This document shows, piece by piece, positions 18,397 through 28,100 of a stretch of DNA of 64,000 bases. The stretch spans positions 960,001-1,024,000 of the forward strand of contig CBDFJG010000004.1 in NCBI GenBank assembly GCA_965248445.1, written 5' to 3'. The notes under the pieces are model-generated. The model did no database searches and had not been told where the DNA came from. It saw nothing but the letters and a program-made list of their open reading frames with translations. This DNA comes from Planctomycetota bacterium. GTDB lineage: Bacteria; Planctomycetota; JAJSAM01; JAJVHW01. A program made the position numbers and the translations under genes. Positions within the stretch are counted from its first letter, which is position 1; every line of letters starts with the position of its first letter.

Positions 18397-19566
18397 CTAC
18401 GACGGCCGGTTGCGCCCCAGCTTCTCGTGCGCGGACACAAACTCGTGCGTGCAGAACGCCGCCATCAGCGACAGATCCCCCGCGAGTACGGTCGCCGCGA
18501 TGATCTCGGCGAAGACGTTCGCGCCGCCTTCTCCCCGGCAGCCGAGGATATCGAGACACTCGGCCGCCGTCCCCTGCGCCGTCCCGCCGCCCACGGTGCC
18601 GACGAGCAGCGACGGCAGAGTGACCGCCGCGTGCAGGTCGCCGTCCATGACCTCGAGATCGAGGAACCCCGTCGCGCTCTCCGTCACGTAGGCGACGTCC
18701 TGACCGCAGGCGAGCATCACCGCGGCGATGCCGTTCGCGGACTGCACCGTCCAGTTCTGCGTCCCGAGGTGTGCGTACCCCGTCGCGTAGCTGCGCTCGA
18801 TCGCCGCCAACTGCTCGGGAGTGACGCGCAACTTGTGTTCGAGCACGTCGCGCGGCACGCGCACCTCGGCGATCACGCTGCGTCCGCGGCCTTCGACGTG
18901 CGCTCGCGCGTTCGCACGCTTCTCGACGTCCTGTCCGTGGACGTACCGTTCGAGAGCGCTCGTGCGACGCGCGACCTCCGCCGAGCAGAGATCCGCGGCG
19001 TGGGCGGCCATGTTGATCCCGATCGCATCCGCCGTCGTGAACACGAGACGGAGGATCATCCGCCGCCCGATCACCTGCGGCTCCACACGCACCAGGCGGC
19101 CGTGGGAGGTGATGCCGCCGGTGATCTCTACGAGGTCCGGTTCAGCGGCGCGGGCCGCATCGGCCGCTGCGATCGCGTCCTTTGCGCTCCCGTACACGAG
19201 GATCGGGTGCTGGGAGAGTCCCTCCGCGACAACCCGTGCGCGCGCCCCGCCCGCGGCGCGGAGAACCGACATGCCACGCGAGTACGAGGCGACCATCGCA
19301 CCCTCGGTGGTGGCCATCGGCACGTAGACCTCGCGCACGCCCCCCGACGTGTCCGCCAGCAGCGGACCGGCGATGCCCACGGGCACCTGGGCGAACCCGA
19401 TCAGGTTCTCGATCTTGCCCTCGGCCTCCTCGGTCGGCACCGGCCGTCCCGCGAGGTGCCCGAGCTCCCGTCCCGCGACGTCCTCGCAGAGAGCCCGGCG
19501 CGCGGACGCCGCTGCGGGACTGTGGTCGTCGTGCGGATCTCTCGGGATGCGCTGCAATCCGCTCAT
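18397..19566 (-). CDS. hmgA: HMG-CoA reductase, class I-like (divergent)
   Basis: ENLIG, PMATTEG, DAIGINM, GQDVA, GTVGGGT and a C-terminal catalytic His. Confidence 0.85.
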   Translation of the reverse strand: MSGLQRIPRDPHDDHSPAAASARRALCEDVAGRELGHLAGRPVPTEEAEGKIENLIGFAQVPVGIAGPLLADTSGGVREVYVPMATTEGAMVASYSRGMSVLRAAGGARARVVAEGLSQHPILVYGSAKDAIAAADAARAAEPDLVEITGGITSHGRLVRVEPQVIGRRMILRLVFTTADAIGINMAAHAADLCSAEVARRTSALERYVHGQDVEKRANARAHVEGRGRSVIAEVRVPRDVLEHKLRVTPEQLAAIERSYATGYAHLGTQNWTVQSANGIAAVMLACGQDVAYVTESATGFLDLEVMDGDLHAAVTLPSLLVGTVGGGTAQGTAAECLDILGCRGEGGANVFAEIIAATVLAGDLSLMAAFCTHEFVSAHEKLGRNRPS

Positions 19567-19897
19567 GCCGCCAGGCTACCTGCGGGGCCTCCGCTGTCCT
19601 CGCACGGCAGCAGTGGGTCGACGAACACGGCGTGAGCCACGATTGCGTCCGGTGGTGCCGGACGCAAGGCGCAAGGGGCGAACGCGACGCCGCAGCGTCG
19701 CTGAGTCTCGGCGACGCAGCAGATGGTGTTACCGGGCGCAACCGCTTGCGGTTGAGCGACTTGCGGCTGCCCGGCGGCGAGACGAGCGCCGCGCGACAGC
19801 GCAGAGCTCGGCTCGCCGACGCGGGCGCAGCCAGAAGCCGCACGTTGCGAGATCGTGGCCCGCGGCGTTCCGCGACACACTGCTATGCTCGTGTGCC

Positions 19898-21403
19898 GTG
19901 CGACTCCTCACCACGGCCGTGCTCCTGCTCGCAACGGTCGTCGTCGCGTCGCCGGCTGCGGCTGCGGACGACGTCGTCAGCGACGACTGGTACGCGATCT
20001 ACGTCAACGACACGAAGGCGGGTCACGCGCGCACGCAGATCGCACGGCGGAACGACGCCTCTCCTGGCGGCGTCGTCTGGATCACGGAGACGTCGTCGCG
20101 CTTCCGGCTCTCGCGCCTCGGTCAGGAAGTGCAGCTCTTCATCCGTACATCGATCGAGGAGGACGCCCGCGGTCGCGTGCGGCGCTTCTACTCCGCGCAG
20201 GTGATGAGCGAGACGGAGGTCGTCACCGAGGGTCTGGTCTCGGGCAAACGCATCCACCTGTCGTCCGGCGACGTCAAGACCACCGTCGACTACCCGGCCG
20301 GCGCGCTCGGCCCGCACGCCGTGGACGCGAAGGTCCGTCTCGCCGGGTACGAGAAAGGCGTGCGCACCGCGGCGCCCGCGTTCTCGACGGACTCGCCTTC
20401 CCGCGCGGCGCAGATGACGTTCAGCATGGGCGGCCGCGAGCCGCGTTCGATTCTGGGTCGCCGGATCGTGCTCGTCCGCTGCGACGTCAGCAACAGCAGG
20501 TCCGCGGCGCGGACCTCGGCGATGTGGCTCGATCGTCACGGCACCATGCTCGAGAGCATCGCGGAGGTTCCGGGCATCGGGCGCCTGCGCATGGTGAAGG
20601 CCGAGCGGGCGATCGCCACGACCCTGTCGTCGCCTGCGGAGATCTTCGCGAACGCGCTCGTGGCGCCCGACCGCGGCATCCCGTCGCCGCGGCGGAGCAC
20701 GCGGCTCGTGCTTCGACTGGCCCGCAAGAGCGGAGCGGCATTCGGGACGACCATCCCGGCCGAGGGAGCCCAGCGCGTTCGACCCGACGGCGACCGGGCC
20801 GTCCTGGTCACCGTCCAGGTGCGTAACAAGCGTCCGGAGAGCGTCTTCCCGCGGCCGGTCCCTGCCACCGGCCGGTCCCGCTGGCTGTCCGCGACTCCGT
20901 ACCTCGAGATCGCCGACGAGGAGGTCCGGCGCCACGCCGCCGCGGCGGTGGGGGACTCGCGGGACGCCTTCGCGGCCGCCGCGAGGATCGAGCGCTACGT
21001 CCGCGCGCACGTCGACGACAAGGGGTATGACGTCGGATTCGCCACCGCCGCCGAGGTCGCGCGCCGCAAGGAAGGCGACTGCACGGAGCACGCCGTGCTC
21101 TCCGCGGCGCTCGCCCGGGCCTCCGGACTGCCGTCTCGAGTGGTCGCCGGACTGGTCTATCTGCCCGGAATGTCCACGGAGGGTGTGGGCCCGCGCGGCG
21201 CGTTCGGTTATCACATGTGGGCGGAGGTCCTCGTCGCCGAGGGCGTCTGGCGTCCCGTCGACGCCGCCTTGGGCGGTTTCGATGCGACCCACATCGCACT
21301 CGGACGGAGTGACCTCGCGCTCGAAAGCCCCCTAGGCGACCTCGTGCTCCCACTCCTGGAAACGATCCGAGATCTGACGATCGAGGTGGTGGAGGTCCGC
21401 TGA
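19898..21403 (+). CDS. Secreted transglutaminase-like domain protein
   Basis: Signal peptide; Cys-His-Asp triad in GDCTEHA, YHMWAEV, WRPVDA. Confidence 0.88.
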   Translation: MRLLTTAVLLLATVVVASPAAAADDVVSDDWYAIYVNDTKAGHARTQIARRNDASPGGVVWITETSSRFRLSRLGQEVQLFIRTSIEEDARGRVRRFYSAQVMSETEVVTEGLVSGKRIHLSSGDVKTTVDYPAGALGPHAVDAKVRLAGYEKGVRTAAPAFSTDSPSRAAQMTFSMGGREPRSILGRRIVLVRCDVSNSRSAARTSAMWLDRHGTMLESIAEVPGIGRLRMVKAERAIATTLSSPAEIFANALVAPDRGIPSPRRSTRLVLRLARKSGAAFGTTIPAEGAQRVRPDGDRAVLVTVQVRNKRPESVFPRPVPATGRSRWLSATPYLEIADEEVRRHAAAAVGDSRDAFAAAARIERYVRAHVDDKGYDVGFATAAEVARRKEGDCTEHAVLSAALARASGLPSRVVAGLVYLPGMSTEGVGPRGAFGYHMWAEVLVAEGVWRPVDAALGGFDATHIALGRSDLALESPLGDLVLPLLETIRDLTIEVVEVR

Positions 21404-22833
21404 TGCACGGCGACCGTGAGAGCAAGCACCGTGAGAGCAAGGGACGAGGAACGGTGGGACAGGACGCGCGCAACGGGCAGAGCGCGACGGACGACACGCC
21501 GGACATCACGAGCCAGGGCTGGCTCTTCGACCGTCCTCCCTCTGTGGAAAAATGTGCGCAAATGACGATGCACCAGCGCGACGGCGGCGATTCCACGTCA
21601 AGCGAGCAGTCCGATGCTTCGGGCGATGCTCCCGACGCTGTCTCGGACGCTGTCTCGGACGCTGCGCCTGCGCCGGAGCCCGCGCGGGCGCGCAAGTCCG
21701 GCAAGCCGCGACTCGGTCGCGGACTCGCCGCTCTCGTCACCATGCACCACGACTCGGTCGAGGTTGCGGGCGAGGGGCACGTCCTCCACCTGCTGTCCGA
21801 CATCGAACCGCTGGCCGTGGAGGCGCGGTCTACGTTCACTCCGGACACGCCGGCTCCGCCGCCACTGCTGATCGGCATCCGTGCACGACGTGGTGCACCG
21901 CCGCGCGTGAAGCGACCGGCAGCGTCGCCGGACATTGGGCCGGAACGCGGCACACCCGTCGAACCGGAGCGCGCACCTGAACCGGTGCGCGCTCCTGAAC
22001 CGGTGTCGCGTCTGCCGGCGGCGGATCCGATTCCCGTTCCGGTCGAGCAGCCCGTGGAAGCCGTTGCCGAAACGGTCGCGGAGTTGGCGTCACCGCACGT
22101 AGTCGCCGAGTGGGCCCGTCGCCCGCCGGCCGACATCGTGACCGCCGGCGGAGGCACTGCCGTCATGAGCGAACGCGTTGCGTACGTCGAACCGATCGCC
22201 GCTGCCGCGCCGGCCGACCTCGTGCGTTTGGCGCCGGTGTTGTCTTCTGGCGGGTTGTCTACTGGCTCATCCGCGGACGCGGATGACGCGGTTGGTGCGA
22301 CGTTGGCCGCACCGGTTGAAACGCCACCGGTCGTCGACACCGTCGCGCCCGTGCCGCCGGTCTATGCGGAACCGGACTCCTTTGCGGACGAGTTCTTCGA
22401 TCCACCACTCGCCGCTTACGCAGCGAGTGGTGGATTGTATTCTGGCCCATCCGCTGACGCGGATGGCGCGGTTGGAGCGTCGTCGTCGGTGGCGCAGCAG
22501 CCGGAACCGGCGGCTGTTGTTCCGGTGCCTGCGCCTGCGCCGGAGGCGGTGGTTCCGGAACCGGAGCCGGAAGTTGTGCCGGAGCCGGAGATCGTTGCGC
22601 TGTCGGCGGCGCCCGCGCCGCGGACGGCGGTGGTTGATCCGTTCGGAGGCACCACGGTGTTCTCTCGCGGACCGGTCAATCTCGACACGAGCGTCCCGGA
22701 GCAGGAGCAGACCGCGCCGCCGTTCGAGGAGTACCTCGCGCCGGCGCCTCGCCCAGCCGTGATGCTGGACGACGAAGTCTTCTTCGACGACCAGATCGTC
22801 GGGTCCTACCTCCCCGAAGTAGAGCTCGAATAG
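21403..22833 (+). CDS. Pro/Ala/Glu-rich disordered protein with a ParB-like LGRGL motif (true start may be ATG 21562 or 21568)
   Basis: Long ORF, low complexity, KPRLGRGLAAL motif, acidic/aromatic C-terminal motif. Confidence 0.65.
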   Translation: MHGDRESKHRESKGRGTVGQDARNGQSATDDTPDITSQGWLFDRPPSVEKCAQMTMHQRDGGDSTSSEQSDASGDAPDAVSDAVSDAAPAPEPARARKSGKPRLGRGLAALVTMHHDSVEVAGEGHVLHLLSDIEPLAVEARSTFTPDTPAPPPLLIGIRARRGAPPRVKRPAASPDIGPERGTPVEPERAPEPVRAPEPVSRLPAADPIPVPVEQPVEAVAETVAELASPHVVAEWARRPPADIVTAGGGTAVMSERVAYVEPIAAAAPADLVRLAPVLSSGGLSTGSSADADDAVGATLAAPVETPPVVDTVAPVPPVYAEPDSFADEFFDPPLAAYAASGGLYSGPSADADGAVGASSSVAQQPEPAAVVPVPAPAPEAVVPEPEPEVVPEPEIVALSAAPAPRTAVVDPFGGTTVFSRGPVNLDTSVPEQEQTAPPFEEYLAPAPRPAVMLDDEVFFDDQIVGSYLPEVELE

Positions 22834-23044
22834 GACGCAAGCCGAGCACGCGGCGGGGCGTCTAAACTCGGGGCGTGCCGAGACCTTTCCGGGAGCTCGA
22901 GTGTCCTGACCGGTGTCCCAGACTGGGTTCCCCATGGCTGGATTCGAGCCTGGGCGGGCCTCATCCGTTCCGGCACGGTCGTTGCGTCCCTCTGCCGGTC
23001 CCCCGAAGGGACGCGGTTCTGCTCGGGGGGAAAGGAGCCGGATC

Positions 23045-24682
23045 ATGAGCCACGACACGACGATCGAGACACGCCAGGGCATCGAAACACGCACGGGCAT
23101 CGAGACACGCAAGAGGCGCAGCCTCCGCGTCCCGGTGACATTTGCACTGGTGACCCTGCTGGGGCTCGCCTTCGGGACAGCCGACACGTCGGCTGCGCCG
23201 AACGACCCCCGCCTGGAGACCGTCGCTCACGCGCCCGGTTCCGGAGTGACCCGGCGCCCCGCGCTGCGCGAACGCGCCGCGGGCGCACAGGGACTCTCAC
23301 GCCGGATCGGGCGGCGCCCCCAGCGCGCCGACGGCCAGCGCGAGATCCCCGAGCACTTCCTCGAACTGGGCAAGATCTTCGGCGACGACGACCGCGAGCC
23401 GGTCGACGACACCGAGGCCTACCCCTGGGCCGCGGTTGCGAAGACGTTCAGCCACTTCCCGAACGGTGAGTGGATCGAAGGTTCCGCGGCGATGGTCGGC
23501 CCTGATCAGGCGCTGACCGCCGGGCACATCGTGTACGACCACGACCGCGGCGGGTGGGCGGACGAAGTTCAGGTCGTCCCGGGCTTCGACCTCGGGTTCG
23601 AGCCGTTCGGGACGTTCTTCGCGGACGATCTGCGAAGCCTGGCCGGCTGGACCGAGCAGGCGGACTTCGACTTCGATATCGCACTCATCGAACTGGATGA
23701 CGACGCCGGTGATCTCACGGGCTGGTTCGGCATCGCGTCGCGTTCGCGGCAGGAGTTGCTCGACGGCCTCCTGAACACGGCCGGCTACCCCGCCGACCTC
23801 GACGACGGTGAAGGCATGTGGTTCGCCTCGGACTTCGCACTCGACGTGGACGATCGGACGATCTCCATGGACCGGTTCCTGGACGCCGCCGGCGGACAGT
23901 CCGGCAGCGGTGTGTGGCTGAAGGAAGGCGACGATCGCGTCATCGTCGGTGTGCTCTCGAGCGAGACCAACACGGCGAACGTCGCCGTTCGCATCGCCGA
24001 CGACGTCTTTGACGTCCTCGACGCATGGCTTGCCGGTCCGGCGGTGCTCTCCGTGAACGATGTCTCGACCGACCTCCCCGTGGAGGTCACGGGCGGAGCG
24101 TCGGGCACCGTGTTCGTGGAGGTCACGAACTCGGGCAGCGGCGATGTCGTCACGACCGTGCGCGTCTACGCCGAGCCCGTGGTCGGATCCACGCTTCTCA
24201 TCGGTGAAGCCGCCGTGGACCTGCTCTCCGCCGAGACGCGGGAGATCGGTGTCGCGGTCACGATCCCGGACTCCGCCGAAGGTACCTACGACATCTTCGC
24301 GACGATCAACGACGACGGTGCGTTGGATGAAGCGGACGAGTCGGACAACGAACTTCTCGGTCCCGAGTTGATCGTCACCGAGCCCTGGGCCGACGCGGTC
24401 TCCGGGGAGAGTATTCGCGGTCGCCTCGTGCCGGGCGAGGTTGCGTTCGTGCGCGTGACGGTTCCGGCCGGGGCCCGCAAGCTGAAGCTCCGGCTGCGCG
24501 GCCTGTTCGGCGGCTTCGCCTCCGTGCAGAAGCCGAACGGCTCGGTGTCGAGCCTGTTCCCGGGCAGCCGCAAGAAGCGCAAGATAAAGTTCCCTCAGGA
24601 GGGCGTGTGGCTCATCCGCATCGTCAACTCCCCGAACTCCCGTCGCGACCGCACCTATCGCTTCAAGGCCGTGATCAAGTGA
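23045..24682 (+). CDS. Secreted trypsin-like serine protease (glutamyl endopeptidase type) with CARDB-like and C-terminal beta domains
   Basis: TAGH, DIALI, GYPAD and GGQSGS motifs; V.N.G...E.DE.DN CARDB pattern. Confidence 0.88.
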   Translation: MSHDTTIETRQGIETRTGIETRKRRSLRVPVTFALVTLLGLAFGTADTSAAPNDPRLETVAHAPGSGVTRRPALRERAAGAQGLSRRIGRRPQRADGQREIPEHFLELGKIFGDDDREPVDDTEAYPWAAVAKTFSHFPNGEWIEGSAAMVGPDQALTAGHIVYDHDRGGWADEVQVVPGFDLGFEPFGTFFADDLRSLAGWTEQADFDFDIALIELDDDAGDLTGWFGIASRSRQELLDGLLNTAGYPADLDDGEGMWFASDFALDVDDRTISMDRFLDAAGGQSGSGVWLKEGDDRVIVGVLSSETNTANVAVRIADDVFDVLDAWLAGPAVLSVNDVSTDLPVEVTGGASGTVFVEVTNSGSGDVVTTVRVYAEPVVGSTLLIGEAAVDLLSAETREIGVAVTIPDSAEGTYDIFATINDDGALDEADESDNELLGPELIVTEPWADAVSGESIRGRLVPGEVAFVRVTVPAGARKLKLRLRGLFGGFASVQKPNGSVSSLFPGSRKKRKIKFPQEGVWLIRIVNSPNSRRDRTYRFKAVIK

Positions 24683-24702
24683 TCGCGCGGTAGTCTGACC
24701 GG

Positions 24703-25161
24703 GTGGACGCACCTCTTCGCCCGCCGCTGCGCACGGTTTTATTCCGTGCGCTCGGCGGGCGTTGTCCGTCCTGCGGCGACGGGCGCATCTTCCGGCGCGG
24801 TTTCCGCCGGGAAGATCGCTGCACCACATGCGACTGGCCGCTCGAACGCGGCGAGGGTCACTGGCTGGGCGGCTCGGAACTCTGCATGATCGCGACGTTC
24901 TGGATCGCCTGCATCGCCTTCATCGTGCTGCACCGCTTCGTCGCGCTGTCGGTCGTGACGATGGTGTTCGCGGGGGCGACGACGGTCGCCCTCTCGCTTC
25001 TCATGTACCGCCGCAGCCGCTCGATCTTCGTCGCGCTCGACTTCCTCGCGGACCCTGTGCTCGACGCGGGCCAGGGACCCGACGATCGCGAGCTGGGCGG
25101 TGTCCGCCCCCTGCGCCCCGGTCCCACGCCGGCGCGTCTCGCGCCTCGCTCGCCGAGATGA
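24703..25161 (+). CDS. DUF983-like protein
   Basis: RCPSCGDG.IF, CxxC, two TM helices. Confidence 0.8.
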   Translation: MDAPLRPPLRTVLFRALGGRCPSCGDGRIFRRGFRREDRCTTCDWPLERGEGHWLGGSELCMIATFWIACIAFIVLHRFVALSVVTMVFAGATTVALSLLMYRRSRSIFVALDFLADPVLDAGQGPDDRELGGVRPLRPGPTPARLAPRSPR

Positions 25162-25191
25162 GCCGGCACCAGCGAAAGTAGCGGCGGGGAT

Positions 25192-28100
25192 TCACTTGAT
25201 CTCGTCGTGCGCGCGGCAGACGGCCGCATGCACGGGATTGCCGCGGAGCAGCGAGTCGCGGTACTCGGTCGGCGTCACGCCGGCCAGCTGCGTGAGCAGT
25301 GCGTGCGCAGCGTGAAGGTGAGTCGCGTCCCTGCACGCCTTGTACATCACGTAGTGCGCCTCGATGCGGGACGGGATGCCGAGACGCTCGGTGTACTCGC
25401 GGAAACGCGCCTCGGCCTCATCCGTCGTGCGGTCTCCCGCGGCGACGAGCAGCGCCGTGGCGAGGATCACGCTGTCCGCGCGCTCGGCCGTCGCGCCGAG
25501 CTCGAGCGCCGCGCGCAACTCCTTGACGGCCGACTCGCGGTCACCCGACTCGAGGGCGATGCGGCCGAGCAGCACGCGCGCCTGACACTCGAACGCCGCG
25601 TTGTTGGACTTGTGGAACATCTCGACAGCGCGCGCGAGGAGCGCATGCGCCGCGTCACGCTCGCCGAGGTCGAGCCGGACGCGAGCGATCTCGATGATGC
25701 TCATCCCCGTGATCCATGCGTCCCCGATCTTGGCACCGAGGTTCTGCGCCGCCTCGGCCTCGACGGCCGCGAGGTCCGCCCGGCCGAGCAGGCGGAACAG
25801 CGATGAGTGCGTCGTGTGCGCGATCGCGGAGCGCGGCGGAAGATCGACCTCCACGGCCAGAGCGGTTGCCGAGTCCGCAAACTCGATCGCCTCGGGGATG
25901 TGGCCGAGCGACGCGTGCACCATGGACAGGTTCACCCGGCCGGTCAGTTCGCGCGCGCGGTCGCCCAGCTCGCGCGCGAGTTGGAGCTGGCGCGCGAAGT
26001 ACGGGAGCGACCGGGCGCACTGTCCGGACTCGAACAGCGCCGCGGCGACGTTGCTCGTGGCGATACACAGTCGATCCCGGGCGCCGACGCGCTGCAGGAC
26101 CTCCATTTGCTTGCGCAGGTGAGGGAGCGCCTCGAGCGGCCGGCCCAACTCGAGAATGCCGACCGCGATCAGTCCGAGGCAGTCCGCAACCTTGACCGGC
26201 CGCTCGACCTCGCGGGCGATCTGCATGGCCTGCCGCGAGAACTCGATGCACTTCTGTGGGTCCCCCAGCCGCAGGCGTGCGCGACCGAGCGCCAACAGCG
26301 AGTCCGGAATGGCCGGGCGCTCGTCCGCATCGATGCAGATCGTTGATCCGGTCTTGAAGTGGCCGAGAGCCTCCGCGGACTGGCCGCGATACATGCACGC
26401 ATCGCCGAGCAGCTGGTGCGCGAACGCCTTGATCCCGGCGCGCGTGTCGTCGTCGTAGCTCTCGATCGCGAACTCGGCCGCGGCGACGGCATCGTCAACC
26501 GCGCCGATCGTGAGGGAGAGCGACGCGAGCTCGCAGTAGCACTGCGACAGCAGTTGCGCTGACTCGCAGCTTCCCGCCAAGTCGATCGCCTGCTTCACCG
26601 AGCTGATCGCCTCGTCCAGGCGCCCGAGACTGCGCAGCAGCACGCCGGACTGGCGCAGGGCGTTCGCGTGGGCATACCCCTCCCGGACGGCCTCGCGGTC
26701 GAGCATGAGTGTCGAGAGTTCGTGCGCATCGGCGTACCGGTGGGCTTTCTCGAGACGGTCGCACACCATCGGCGCGAGGTCCGCGACGGTCGCCGGGTCC
26801 GGTCCTCGCAGCGCGTGACGGACCAGCATGACGGCGACGTCGGGCGCGATGTCGTCCGGAGCATCCAGTGAGGCGCCGTGCGCGGCGCAGACGTACTGTG
26901 CAGCCAGGGCGTGGTACTCCTCGAGCAGCGCCTCGTGCAGATCCGCGTAGACGACTTCGTGGATCTGGTGGTGATCGAAGCGAAACAGCCGCCCGCTCGG
27001 TCGGACGACCTGCGTCTGCCGGGCGATGCCCGCCAGCCGCTGCAGCACGTGGATGCGCGGCACACCGAACGACTGCGCGAGAGCGTCGGCGTCGAACTCG
27101 AAGCCCAGCACCGCCGCCAGGTCCAGGAGGTTGCGGTCTTCCGGCTCGAGATCGGTGAGCCGCGTCTCGATGAGCGCACGGACCGCGGTCGGCACGCCAA
27201 TCTTGTCGACCCGGGTCGTCTCCTCGAGTGAACCGTCCGGCAGGCGCTCGACGTTGTCGTTCTCTTCGAGCGCGCGGATCATCTCGACGGCGAAGAACGG
27301 GACGCCGTCGGACTTGAACGCGATCTCCGCACCGATGCGGTCGGCCATCACGTGGTTGCCGAGCGCGTCGCGCACGAGTTCGATGATCGCGCGAGGCGAG
27401 AGTCGCGAGAGGTTCACGCGCTCGAGGTGGTCGAGCAACTGGAGCTTCCCGCTGAACATCTCCGTCGTGCTCGTGCGGGCGGTGGTCACGAGCAGGATGG
27501 GGGAGTCGGCCACGGCGCGCGCCAGCGCGAGAATCTGGCGGTGCGCGTCCGCGTTCGCGAAGTGCAGATCGTCGATGATCCAGAGCAGCGGCGCCTCGTT
27601 CGCAAGTCCGCGCATCAGTTCGACGAGCAGTCCTTCGAGCACGGTGCCGGCGTCCGATGTCGCTCCGGAGTTGCGGTGACTCTGCTTCAGGTGCTCGACC
27701 AGCATCGGAGCGAGGTCGTCTGACGCGATCAGAGTGGACAGTCGCTGTTCGAGGTCCGCCGTGCCGAGGTGTGCGACGAGAGAGTCCACGATCGCGTCCC
27801 GCGGGCTGCCGGGTGGGAACGACCCGTAGAGCACCTGTGCATCCGGCTCCTCGATCGAGAGTGCGAGGGAGTCCACGAGGCGCGTCTTGCCCACTCCCGG
27901 CTCGCCGGTCAGCTCGACGACCGCGCCGCGACCCTTGACGGCCCGGGACCAGAGCTTCTTGAGGCCGCCGAACTCCTCTTCGCGGCCACAGAGCTCGGCG
28001 TCGCGGCGGATCGGGATGCGCTGCGCGAACCGCCCGGCGCTCCGCACGATGCTCTCGCGGGCGGCCCACCAGTCCGAGTCCTCGCCCTCGCGGAGCACTC

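Noticed and set aside
22840..23040. Riboswitch upstream of the serine protease
   Set aside because: A GCGTCCCT/AGGGACGC stem is present but no conserved aptamer motif is recognisable.
23062..23112. Triple IETR repeat at the protease N-terminus
   Set aside because: A short slippage-type repeat ahead of the signal peptide with no evidence of function.
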